Assembly (NCBI RefSeq): GCF_947631165.1
Contig: NZ_CANRKH010000001.1
Coordinates: 146,395-210,394 of the forward strand
Reading direction: 5' to 3'
Source: an uncultured Dysosmobacter sp.
Lineage (GTDB): Bacteria > Bacillota > Clostridia > Oscillospirales > Oscillospiraceae
Length of the DNA stretch: 64,000 nt
Part shown: positions 38,693 to 47,762 of the stretch, one piece after another
Layout of the letters: each line of letters begins with the position of its first letter
Position numbering within the stretch: the stretch's first letter is position 1
Program-made: the position numbers and the translations under genes
Notes under the pieces: generated by a model
The model's database searches: none
What the model was told of the DNA's origin: nothing
What the model saw: only the letters and a program-made list of their open reading frames with translations

Positions 38693-38913
38693 ATGGATCA
38701 AGCAGCCTTTAATAAGCTGGCGGACGCGTGGCTGGAAAGCCGGGCCGGGCTGGCCCCCAGCATCCAGACAGAGGAAGGGCAAGCGGCCCGGACTTGGGCG
38801 GGATCATCCTGGGAGACACCCGGGGCCGAAAGCAGTATCGGAGCTTCTGTACCCGGGAGCAGGTCCTGCTGTTCCTTTACCGGCTGGTCCACACAGGCTT
38901 GGAGAAGCAGTAA
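38693..38913 (+). pseudogene. Frameshifted small prophage-type ORF
   Basis: MDQAAFNKLADAWLESRAGLAPS..ARTWAG continues in another frame as GIILGDTRGRKQYRSFCTREQVLLFLYRLV. A 1-nt shift lies near 38797 (gcggga). Confidence 0.5.
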
Positions 38914-38947
38914 AAAATCCGGCGGCAAGTTGCCGCCGGATTTTTTT
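38913..38947. terminator. Bidirectional terminator
   Basis: AAAAAATCCGGCGGCA-agt-TGCCGCCGGATTTTTTT. Confidence 0.8.
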
Positions 38948-38957
38948 CATCGTTCCA

Positions 38958-41900
38958 TCACATCAGATTGTACAGGATCTTCGCCATCTGGCCCCGGGTG
39001 ATGTTGTTGTTGGGCCTGAAGCTGCCGTCGGTATAGCCGCCGATGATACCCTGGGCCACCATGGTCTGGATGTAGTAGGTGGCATAAGCGGGGATCTTGG
39101 CAGTGTCCGTAAAGGTCAGGCTGACGGTGGCATAGCCCTTGGACTGGGTCCGGCCGATCATGGTGGCAGCCTGGGCGCGGGTCAAGGAGCTGTTGGGATT
39201 GAAATACATCCTGCCGTCCCTGCCGGTGGAACCGTTGATGATCCCTTCGGAATACAGCGCCTTGATGGCGGGAATGGCGTAGGCCGCGATCTTGTCATTG
39301 TCGGCGAAAGGCAGGGTCACGCCGGTGTACTTGCTCTCGTCCAATCCCAGGTAGCGGTACAGCATCACGGCGAACTGAGCCCGGGTGATGTTCTGGTTGG
39401 GCCGGAAGGTGCCGTCGTCATAGCCGGTGGTGACACCGGCGTTGTACAGGTGGTCCACATAGGTGGCCGCCCAGTAATCGTTGATGTCGGTGAACTGATG
39501 GGCCACGCCGTAAGGCTCCACATCCACAGATGCCCGGCCGATGTTGCCGGAGCCGTCCTTGGCGGTAATGGTGACCCGCATGGCCGCGTGGCTGTCGCCG
39601 GGGCCGGGCAGGGCCACCGTCACCCTGCCGGTGGCCTGGTCATACAGGAAGTCATAGGCACCGCCATTGTAGGATACGGAAATGGCGGATTTCGGCAGCA
39701 GGCCGTCCACGTTGTCCTCCACGGTGGCCGTCACCTGCCAGTTCTGGTTATCCAGAGAGGCAGTGACTGCGGGCGCCGTCTGGTCCAGGCTGCTGTATGC
39801 CGCTGTGAACTGGTCCAGATAAATGGCACCTCTGGTGCCCGGCTGATAGGCGGTCTCGCCGTTCTCGTCCACATAGGCCGGGCCGTGGACGTACAGGCCG
39901 GTGATGGCAGTGGTGCCGGCGGGCATGGCGCTCTGGACCGGCATCCAGCCGGTGAAGTCCAGCGTGACCTGATCCGTGTTCGTCACATTGCCGGCGGCGT
40001 CCATGGTCTCAATGCCCAGCACGTTGCCGGAATTGTCGCCGTAGACCCAGAAGGTCACCATGGAGGTGCCGGGGAAGGCGTAGGATACCGGTACCTGCAC
40101 AAAGCCGGAGGAAGCGTCATAGTCCAGTTTGCCGGAGGCCTTGCCATAGCGGACCAGCTCCATATTGCGGTTCTGGCTCAGACTGATGCCGCTGTCCGCC
40201 AAAGCGGTGAACTCCGCCTCAAAGTCCTCCACCGTGCGGTACGCGGCCTTGGAGACCGTCACGCTGATGGACGCGCTGCGCCCGCCGGCGGAGACGGTGA
40301 TGGTCCCGGTGCCGGGTGCTGTGGCGGAGAACTGGCCCCACTGGTCAATGGTGCCGATGCCGCCGTCTACCGTCCAGGTAAAGGCCTCCGGGTCCGCCTT
40401 CAGGGGCAGGTGGCTGTAAGCCGCCGTGGCGGTCAGCGATGTGACGGTGCCGGGCGCCGCAGTCAGGGAAGTCAGCAGCTTGCCGCTGGCGTCCCGGATG
40501 GCTACATCGTCCGGCGTCTTGATGGCGTGGACGGTGGTAACGCCCTGCTTGCCGCCGCTCTCGGCGGTGACGGTGATATCGCCGCCCCGGCTGGGCGTGG
40601 TCAGGACATTGCCGTCCAGGTCACCGTCGCTGGCCCACAGATCATACCGCTTTTCCATGGGAATGAAATTGGTGTCTACAGCGGCAGCGGAGATATTCAC
40701 CTTGCTGCCCGCCAGCACGTAGCTGTAGTCGGCGCTGACATAGAAATGGCTCAGCCGTCCGCTGGGCTCCCAGTCCGCCACCAGGAAGATCTGGTTGGAC
40801 ACGGCCCGCTCCGCGTTGTCGGAGGGGGAGTTGATGGTCTTGGCCTCCGTCTCGTCCGGCTCCGTGATGGCCAGGGTGGTGGAGCCGCCGCCGTCCAGGC
40901 ACAGCGCCGTCTCGCAGCCCAGCTCGATCATCCGCTGGGCCACCTGGGTCATGGAGGCGCCGATGGAATGGCCGGACTTCCGGCCGTCGATGGTGTAGAA
41001 GATCAGAGTCCCGTCGGCCTTCTGGCCCACGGCGGTGCGGGGATTGGACCCGGCCTGAAGCCCGGAGACTATGGCGCCGTTCTCCACCAGAGAATACAGA
41101 GCGCCCACGGCATACTCTACGTCCTCCCACTCGCTGCTGGCAGCTTCCACGGTAATAGTGATCTCGCTGCCCACAGGGATGTTCCGCAGCGCGTCCACAT
41201 AATAGCTGCTGGACTGAAGATTGGCGGACAGCACCACTTCACCCTTGTTGATGGCGGTGGCGGCAGTAGTGGTTTCCACCACCCGGTCCACCGTCAGCGT
41301 CACGGTCCCGCCGATGGCAAGGGGGCCCTCCTCCACGGTGCAGACCACGTCCACACCGGCCTCCGTGTTGCCGGTGGTGTGCTTGGCATTGAAATCATAC
41401 GTATAGAGGTAAATGCCGCCTGTGGCCGCCCGGGCCTTGTTCACGCCGCCCAGGGTCCGGATCACCTCCGTGGGGGTGCCGTAGCCGAGGTCCGCGGTCA
41501 CCTTGACGCCCGGTTTGCCCAGCACGGCGGAGCCGTCCCGCCGGAAGCCGATGGCGTAGTACCCGGCATCGCTGCTGCGCAGCTGCCCATCAGTCACCAC
41601 GATGCCGATGGGCAGGCCGTTGTTCACATTGTAAAAGTCGCCGTTGATGCCCGCTACCACCCGGTAGCCCTTGGCCTCCTCCAGCGTTTTCGCCATGGCG
41701 GAGACCTTGCTCCGGTCCGTCAGCACATCGCCGTAGGTCACAATGGGGGTCACGTCGACGTTGGGGGCGTAGGTGATGAAGTTCTCCGTCCGCAGATCAG
41801 ACTGGGACGTGCTCCAGAACACGTTGGTGGAGAGCTGGGTCTCCTGATTCAGCAGCGTGTCTTTGCTGGTCAGATCCTCACCCAGCGCCTCGGATGCGGC

Positions 41901-41975
41901 GGCAGGCAGGGTCAGAGACGCCAGCAGAGTCAAAGCCAACAGGATCGACAAAAATTTGCGGGAAAGCTGCTTCAT
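38958..41975 (-). CDS. Secreted SLH-anchored surface protein with a phosphodiester glycosidase (NAGPA/DUF2233-like) domain and Ig-like repeats
   Basis: 1005 aa with a signal peptide. ALCLDGGGSTTLA is typical of DUF2233. Three C-terminal SLH repeats (FTD...W....V..L...G...GY.DGTFRPN..ITRAQ.A). Confidence 0.75.
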   Translation of the reverse strand: MKQLSRKFLSILLALTLLASLTLPAAASEALGEDLTSKDTLLNQETQLSTNVFWSTSQSDLRTENFITYAPNVDVTPIVTYGDVLTDRSKVSAMAKTLEEAKGYRVVAGINGDFYNVNNGLPIGIVVTDGQLRSSDAGYYAIGFRRDGSAVLGKPGVKVTADLGYGTPTEVIRTLGGVNKARAATGGIYLYTYDFNAKHTTGNTEAGVDVVCTVEEGPLAIGGTVTLTVDRVVETTTAATAINKGEVVLSANLQSSSYYVDALRNIPVGSEITITVEAASSEWEDVEYAVGALYSLVENGAIVSGLQAGSNPRTAVGQKADGTLIFYTIDGRKSGHSIGASMTQVAQRMIELGCETALCLDGGGSTTLAITEPDETEAKTINSPSDNAERAVSNQIFLVADWEPSGRLSHFYVSADYSYVLAGSKVNISAAAVDTNFIPMEKRYDLWASDGDLDGNVLTTPSRGGDITVTAESGGKQGVTTVHAIKTPDDVAIRDASGKLLTSLTAAPGTVTSLTATAAYSHLPLKADPEAFTWTVDGGIGTIDQWGQFSATAPGTGTITVSAGGRSASISVTVSKAAYRTVEDFEAEFTALADSGISLSQNRNMELVRYGKASGKLDYDASSGFVQVPVSYAFPGTSMVTFWVYGDNSGNVLGIETMDAAGNVTNTDQVTLDFTGWMPVQSAMPAGTTAITGLYVHGPAYVDENGETAYQPGTRGAIYLDQFTAAYSSLDQTAPAVTASLDNQNWQVTATVEDNVDGLLPKSAISVSYNGGAYDFLYDQATGRVTVALPGPGDSHAAMRVTITAKDGSGNIGRASVDVEPYGVAHQFTDINDYWAATYVDHLYNAGVTTGYDDGTFRPNQNITRAQFAVMLYRYLGLDESKYTGVTLPFADNDKIAAYAIPAIKALYSEGIINGSTGRDGRMYFNPNSSLTRAQAATMIGRTQSKGYATVSLTFTDTAKIPAYATYYIQTMVAQGIIGGYTDGSFRPNNNITRGQMAKILYNLM

Positions 41976-42145
41976 GATGTACCTCCATATGTTTCACGCC
42001 GTTCAGTCTACATAACACCAGTAAGCATAGCACATTTTCCCCGCAAAGTAAATGAAGAAAGTGTTACAATTTCCGGTGTTTCCTCTCAAATTTTCCAATC
42101 TTAAAAAATGGGCTTTGCGGAAAAAGCATTTCCCTGAAAAACTTC

Positions 42146-42174
42146 TTGGAGAAATCGTCGTTCTGTATTACAAT
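42146..42174 (+). promoter_or_regulatory. Sigma-A-like promoter for the ferredoxin gene
   Basis: TTGGAG (42146-42151), 17-nt spacer, TACAAT (42169-42174). Confidence 0.45.
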
Positions 42175-42206
42175 AGAGGAAGTTCAGAGAAGGAAGGAGC
42201 CGCCCT

Positions 42207-42395
42207 ATGACCGTGACCGTCGACCCAACCCGCTGCATCGCCTGCGGGATGTGCGCCTATGCTGCCCCGGAGGTGTTCCGGGTGGTGGGCAGAGCGTCTG
42301 CCGTCATCGCCCAGCCTCAGCCGTCCCGGAGCTCCCGTGTTTGGGATGCCGCCAATGGCTGCCCGGTGAACGCCATTACCATCCGAAAAGACTGA
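42207..42395 (+). CDS. Small ferredoxin
   Basis: 62 aa with CIACGMC...C and a distal CP motif. RBS GAAGGAAGGAG. Confidence 0.8.
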   Translation: MTVTVDPTRCIACGMCAYAAPEVFRVVGRASAVIAQPQPSRSSRVWDAANGCPVNAITIRKD

Positions 42396-42400
42396 ACAAA

Positions 42401-42434
42401 GCCCGGCGGCTTCAGCCGCCGGGCCTCGCCTTTT
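42401..42434 (+). terminator. Ferredoxin gene terminator
   Basis: GCCCGGCGGC-ttca-GCCGCCGGGC, followed by a T-rich tail. Confidence 0.75.
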
Positions 42435-42494
42435 CCCGACTCGGATATCTCAGGCGGCGGCTGTTTGTCAGGGCTGCTCCATGCCTCCGCCCAT

Positions 42495-42527
42495 AAAAAA
42501 CGCCCTGGCGAAAGCCAGGGCGTTTTG
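42495..42527. terminator. Bidirectional terminator (serves the thiolase gene)
   Basis: AAAAACGCCCTGGC-gaaa-GCCAGGGCGTTTT. Confidence 0.8.
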
Positions 42528-42558
42528 TCCGTTTCTTGAACGATTACGCTTCAGAAGC

Positions 42559-43815
42559 TCAGCACTTCTCCACGACCACAGCGGTACCCATACCGCCGCC
42601 GATGCACAGCGTGGCCAGGCCCTTCTTGACCTCGGGGCGCTTCATCATCTCGTGGACCAGGGTCACGATGATACGGGCGCCGGAAGCGCCGACGGGATGG
42701 CCCAGGGAGATGGCGCCGCCGTTGACGTTGACCTTGCTCATGTCAAAGCCCAGCTCACGAGCCACGGCGATGGACTGAGCGGCAAAGGCCTCGTTGGCCT
42801 CCACCAGGTCGATGTCGTCGATGGTGACGCCGGCCTTGGCCATAGCAGCGCGGGAAGCGGGAACAGGGCCAACGCCCATGATCTTGGGATCGACGCCGCC
42901 CTGGCCCCAGCCGATCAGCTTGACCATGGGCTTCAGGCCGTACTTCTCCACAGCCTCGCCGGAGGCCAGCACGATGGCGGCGGCGCCGTCGTTGATGCCG
43001 GAGGCATTGGCAGCGGTGACGCGCTGCTGGCCCTTGTCATCGGTCTCCTTGCAACCGGTAGGCTCAAAGGTGTGCACGACCTGGGGAGCGGGGGACTCGG
43101 GACCTACGGGGAAAGCGCCCCGCAGCTTGGAAATGCCCTCGGCGGTAACACCGGCGCGGGGGAATTCGTCGACCTTGAAGTCCACGACCTGCTTCTTGAC
43201 CTTCACAGGCACCGGCACGATCTCGTCGTCGAAGCGGCCGGACTTCTGGGCGGCCTCAGCTTTCTGCTGGGAGGCAGCGGCAAACTCGTCCTGCTCCTGG
43301 CGGGTTATGCCCCAGACGTCGTTGATGTTCTCAGCGGTGGTGCCCATATGATAGTTGTTGTAAGCGTCCCACAGGCCGTCCTTGATCATAGTGTCCACCA
43401 GCTTCTTGTCGCCCATGCGGGCGCCCCAGCGGGCGTCGGGAGCGGCATAGGGGGCGGCGCTCATGTTCTCGGTGCCGCCGCAGACCACGATATCGGAATC
43501 GCCGGCCAGGATGGAGCGGGCGCCCTCGATGACGGACTTCATACCGGAACCGCAGACCATGCCCACGGTGTAAGCGGGAACAGAATAGGGGATACCAGCC
43601 TTGATGGAGACCTGGCGGGCAACGTTCTGGCCCAGGCCTGCGGTCAGGATGCAGCCGAACATCAGCTCGTCCACCTGCTCAGGGCTAACACCGGCACGAT
43701 TCAGAGCCTCCTTGACGACGATAGCGCCCATCTCGGCAGCGGGGGTGTTCTTCAGGGAGCCGCCAAAGGAACCAATAGCGGTTCTGCAGCAATTTACGAT
43801 GTACAGGTCTTTCAT
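42559..43815 (-). CDS. Acetyl-CoA C-acetyltransferase (thiolase II) with a ~25-aa insertion
   Basis: Start at [19 protein letters not shown]. Motifs [11 protein letters not shown] and GGGMGTA. 418 aa, against ~392 aa as I recall for thiolase II. Confidence 0.88.
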   Translation of the reverse strand: MKDLYIVNCCRTAIGSFGGSLKNTPAAEMGAIVVKEALNRAGVSPEQVDELMFGCILTAGLGQNVARQVSIKAGIPYSVPAYTVGMVCGSGMKSVIEGARSILAGDSDIVVCGGTENMSAAPYAAPDARWGARMGDKKLVDTMIKDGLWDAYNNYHMGTTAENINDVWGITRQEQDEFAAASQQKAEAAQKSGRFDDEIVPVPVKVKKQVVDFKVDEFPRAGVTAEGISKLRGAFPVGPESPAPQVVHTFEPTGCKETDDKGQQRVTAANASGINDGAAAIVLASGEAVEKYGLKPMVKLIGWGQGGVDPKIMGVGPVPASRAAMAKAGVTIDDIDLVEANEAFAAQSIAVARELGFDMSKVNVNGGAISLGHPVGASGARIIVTLVHEMMKRPEVKKGLATLCIGGGMGTAVVVEKC

Positions 43816-44038
43816 GGGTGTTCCTCCATTTTTCCTTAAATTTTTGATTGACGGCGGTCCACGCCGCCTCGGATACAAAATCAAGCGAGCAGTGATTGTC
43901 AAAACTCTGACATAATTGTCAAAATTTTATCAATTGCGTAGCCATCAACTCCTCGCGAATTTCATTATAGGGGTTTTTTCCGTCCGCGTCAATGCAAATC
44001 TGGCTTTTTCATAAAATTTGTTAAATATTTGACAAAAT

Positions 44039-44075
44039 ATCCGCTATTTTCGTCACCTTGACGAAAATAGCGGAT
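44039..44075 (-). terminator. Terminator of the PrsA-like gene
   Basis: ATCCGCTATTTTCGTC/GACGAAAATAGCGGAT, a perfect 16-bp stem, followed on the minus strand by ATTTTG. Confidence 0.8.
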
Positions 44076-44087
44076 ACATACCTTTGT

Positions 44088-45119
44088 TCAGCTTTTCCGT
44101 CCTGCGGCGCGGAGATCCGCCAGCGCCTGGTAAAAGGCGGCGGCATCCAGGTCCCCGTAAGCGGCCTCTGTCTCCACCACCGCCTGCTCCGCTCCCCGCT
44201 GCAGCATGTGATCGAAGTAATCCTCTGTCAGCGCCTCTGGATCCAGCGGAAGCCGCCGGAGGATGGAAAAGCCCTCTTCCGACTCCAAAATGCCGGAACA
44301 CTGCCCCTCCTCCAGCGCTTTGGCCGCATCCAAAAGCGTACCAGACCACAGCTTCTCTTCTGGCAGCAGCGTACGGGGACCGGCAGGATCGTCTCCCGCT
44401 GCCGCTAAATCACTGAACACAGCTGCCTGGTCTGTTGCGTCGTTGAGCTGGGCAAAAAGTTTGGCTGCCCGCTGCCGGGCGGCCTCCCTGTCTTCCCCGG
44501 CAGCCACCAAGATGCGGTCCACCGTCAAAACGCCCTGTTCCTCCCCATAGTGGATCAAGTCCTCCTGTTTCGGTGCCAAAGGGCTGTCCGCCTCACCGGA
44601 AAGGCCCCACAGCTTTCCGTACAGCAGTCCGACCCCAGCCAGCTCTTCTGCCCGTTGGCGGTCCAGGCCCAAAGACGCAAGATCTGCCAGATAAGCCGCC
44701 TCGCCGCCCCGCTCCGCCGCCTGTTCCTCCCATTGGGCGGTCAGAATCTCCTGATCCGGCTCTGCCAGCGTACAGCCGTACTTATCCGCCCAGTTTTCCA
44801 CGGTGGCATACAGGGCCGTGTCCGCCAGGGCCTGATCCTTGGCATAGTCCGCCAGCGTCCCGCCGGCAACGGCAGTCTGCCAGTCCAGGGTCCCGCCAGT
44901 CTCCTGATAACGATCCCGGATGCGGTCGCAGGTATAGGCCAGCCAATACAGATACCGCCACCCCGGCACCGCCCGGCCATCCACTGTCAGCAGCGTCTCC
45001 TCCTCGGAGATCTCTGCCGCCCGGCCTAAAATAGGGGACGGGCCTTCTTCCCGCTCCCCGCTGCAGGCGGTCAGGAGCAGGCACAGCAAAAAACACAGCG
45101 CGGCTGCCCGTAATTTCAT
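44088..45119 (-). CDS. PrsA/SurA-like lipoprotein (putative peptidyl-prolyl isomerase/foldase)
   Basis: Start at MKLRAAAL. Lipobox LLTAC. C-terminal ..GILESEEGFSILRRL resembles a PpiC-type rotamase core. Confidence 0.6.
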   Translation of the reverse strand: MKLRAAALCFLLCLLLTACSGEREEGPSPILGRAAEISEEETLLTVDGRAVPGWRYLYWLAYTCDRIRDRYQETGGTLDWQTAVAGGTLADYAKDQALADTALYATVENWADKYGCTLAEPDQEILTAQWEEQAAERGGEAAYLADLASLGLDRQRAEELAGVGLLYGKLWGLSGEADSPLAPKQEDLIHYGEEQGVLTVDRILVAAGEDREAARQRAAKLFAQLNDATDQAAVFSDLAAAGDDPAGPRTLLPEEKLWSGTLLDAAKALEEGQCSGILESEEGFSILRRLPLDPEALTEDYFDHMLQRGAEQAVVETEAAYGDLDAAAFYQALADLRAAGRKS

Positions 45120-45617
45120 CGCTTCCACTTCCTCTCCCCCAGGTCGTCCCTCCATGTATATGCAGGGGTGGAGAGATATAGAAGCACAGTGGTGTGATTT
45201 CCCATTTTAATCATAGAGTATTTCAAAATGGGATCATTTAAAAAGGAGTATCCAAAATCATTCGCAATGTATTTGAGCTGAGAGGACAGTTAGATCATGA
45301 AAACTTTCATCTCAATCTGTCATTTTCCCGCCGTTTGCACCGTTCTATCTCGCCGCATAACGCAAAGCGAAATGGCGTTTATTTACCTAAAAGGGGTACC
45401 ACTTGCCTATTACAGGCTGAACTGCAATAAATCTATCGGCAAGTATCTGCGCGGTTAGCAAACAGCGAACCATACCTACGTAAATTGTTCTGACTACCCG
45501 GCTTGGTTTGATAAGTCAGGTGGTCGACGCAGAATTCCGACCAGCAACTGTTCTCTTACACTCTTTTGACCCTTGATTAGCATTCATGTGGTAAATACAT
45601 GGATTCTAAAACCACCA

Positions 45618-46652
45618 CTATTTCCCTTTCGAAATATCTCGAACGCTATTTCCCTCGCTAAGAATAGGCGAAAAAACCACGTTCCGTTTTGGGTCGTCAG
45701 GTTTTCTAATTCGCTCCATCATTAGGTCGGCTGCTGCGGTTGCGATTGCTACATCATCAAGACAAACCGTAGTAAGTGCGAGTCCGCTTTTCTTTGGAGC
45801 GGGAAGATAGTCCGAGCAAATGATACTTAAATCTTGGGGTATTCGTTTTCCGCCGAGAACAAACGCATCAATGATGCCGGAAGCTAGGGTACTGTTCATA
45901 CAAAATACACCGGTTGCGGAATAATCCCCACGTAGAAAACGCAAAGCAAATTCGTAACCATCATCATAAGTGAAGTTAGTTGGAAGAATGTTGCAGTCAT
46001 TAATGACCATTCCATTCTCTTTATAGGCCTCTCGAATCCCCCAAATTCTATTGCGCGAGGTTGCAGATTCATAAGTGCCACTGAGAATCATGATATCAGT
46101 GTGGCCGTTTTTGATAAAGTGACTACCGCCTATCAATCCAGCAGTGAAATTGTCAATGCTTACGACGTCTAGATTTAGAGTATTAGGATAATGATTTATC
46201 AGCACAATGGGACAATTGGAGTTGCGAATATCATCGTTAAAATCCGAATAGCCGACATAGCTCAAAATAAATATGCCCAAAAATTCACTGTGAGTCAGTT
46301 TTTTCAGATAATACTCCATGGTGGACCGGCTGCCACAGCAGTCTAGGGTAAACACAACACATCCCAGTTCTTTGAAATATCGGGTTAATGTTTGTATATA
46401 TCGAACATGTGTTGCCTGTGCATAGCTTATGGAGAGGTCCAGGGATATGACTGCAACGGCCTTTGATCCAAAGAGGCTCGCATGTTTGGACTTATACCCC
46501 AATTTTCTGATAGCTTTATCGATTTCTAATCGTGCACCTTCGCTAACAGATCCTTTGTTGGTAATCGCACGAGAAATGGTGGACTTAGATAGGCCAGTTT
46601 CTTTAACAATATCATCAATAGTAACTTTCAATGTTTTTTTGCCCCTTTCCAA
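45618..46652 (-). CDS. LacI-family transcriptional regulator
   Basis: 344 aa. N-terminal HTH VTIDDIVKETGLSKSTISRAITNKG, then a periplasmic-binding-protein-like sensor domain. Confidence 0.85.
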   Translation of the reverse strand: MERGKKTLKVTIDDIVKETGLSKSTISRAITNKGSVSEGARLEIDKAIRKLGYKSKHASLFGSKAVAVISLDLSISYAQATHVRYIQTLTRYFKELGCVVFTLDCCGSRSTMEYYLKKLTHSEFLGIFILSYVGYSDFNDDIRNSNCPIVLINHYPNTLNLDVVSIDNFTAGLIGGSHFIKNGHTDIMILSGTYESATSRNRIWGIREAYKENGMVINDCNILPTNFTYDDGYEFALRFLRGDYSATGVFCMNSTLASGIIDAFVLGGKRIPQDLSIICSDYLPAPKKSGLALTTVCLDDVAIATAAADLMMERIRKPDDPKRNVVFSPILSEGNSVRDISKGK

Positions 46653-46701
46653 TTAATTAATTAATTCATTTTAGCATATATCCTATGGAATGGGAAGAGA
46701 C

Positions 46702-46893
46702 TGGGAAAAACATCATTAAATGGGAAAAAGGCCATTTGGTGGGAAAAATGTCAACAATACTTGGTTAATAACAACAATTTACATATCTAAACGATGTAAA
46801 TCCAACCAAAATAATAAAAAAGATTGACAATGCTTGGCAAATATGGCATAGTATAGAGGGAAAGATGTCAATTTAATATTGGGAAAAACATCA
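46702..46893 (+). repeat. Array of five same-orientation copies of a ~13-14-nt motif, (T)GGGAAARAYRTCA
   Basis: Copies at 46702-46715, 46721-46734 (degenerate), 46740-46753, 46858-46870 and 46880-46893. The first three are spaced 19 bp apart. Confidence 0.7.
46824..46852 (+). promoter_or_regulatory. Candidate promoter of the island's plus-strand operon
   Basis: TTGACA (46824-46829), 17-nt spacer, CATAGT (46847-46852). Two repeat copies lie just downstream. Confidence 0.45.
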
Positions 46894-46913
46894 ATAGGAA
46901 AGAGGGAAACGCT

Positions 46914-47723
46914 ATGGAGTATAAAGATATCCGAGTATATGATGCTGGGGACCAAGTATCGGTAATTGAACTGAACCACCCCGAAAAACTTAATGCACTG
47001 ACCGATTATACCTGGGAAGAAATTGTGGACGCTCTCAAGAAAATAGAGATGGATGACACAGTCAACGCCGTTCTATTCAAAGGCGCCGGAAAGTCGTTCT
47101 GCGCTGGATTTGACATCGGGGAATCCACAAAAAACGGAAACTCCGACGCATGGGGGCAGTGGCTGTCATTCAAACGTTCTGATGAGTGCCATAATTATTT
47201 GTGGGATTTCCCAAAACCGACTGTCTTCGCAGTACAAGGATATTGCCTGGGAGGCGGATTTGAGCTAGCAAGCTTGGGTGATTTTGTCGTCTGTTCCGAG
47301 GATGCCGTGTTTGGGGAGACAGAACTGCGTTTTTGCTTGACACCTGGAACACGAGATGTATTTCTACTGGGCCTTCGCAATGCAAAAGAAATTATGATGC
47401 TGGCAGAAAAGTTCAGCGCACAGGATGCCTTGCGGTTGGGTGTTGTCAGCAGAGTATTTCCTGTGGACAAGCTGGATACAGAAGCTTTGAAGATAGCGAA
47501 GAAGTTAGCAAAGATGCCTACGGAAACTATGCAGTTGACCAAGCATATGCTCAACAAAGTTACCGATATTCAAGGCATGAAAATTATGGGGTCCTGGTCA
47601 TGGGATACCTTCCTAGCGGCAAAGCTGATAGTTCCCAAAGTTCGTCAAGAATTCAATAAAATCGGCGAAGAGCAAGGCATGAAGGCTGCTTTCAAATGGT
47701 TGAATGATCGCTACGATGATTAA
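46914..47723 (+). CDS. Enoyl-CoA hydratase/isomerase (crotonase) family protein 1
   Basis: 269 aa with GAGKSFCAGFD, GYCLGGGFELA and FGETEL, so both catalytic-Glu positions are present. Confidence 0.85.
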   Translation: MEYKDIRVYDAGDQVSVIELNHPEKLNALTDYTWEEIVDALKKIEMDDTVNAVLFKGAGKSFCAGFDIGESTKNGNSDAWGQWLSFKRSDECHNYLWDFPKPTVFAVQGYCLGGGFELASLGDFVVCSEDAVFGETELRFCLTPGTRDVFLLGLRNAKEIMMLAEKFSAQDALRLGVVSRVFPVDKLDTEALKIAKKLAKMPTETMQLTKHMLNKVTDIQGMKIMGSWSWDTFLAAKLIVPKVRQEFNKIGEEQGMKAAFKWLNDRYDD

Positions 47724-47762
47724 TCACCGTAGTTATCATAAATAAAATGGAGGAAAAAGAAG

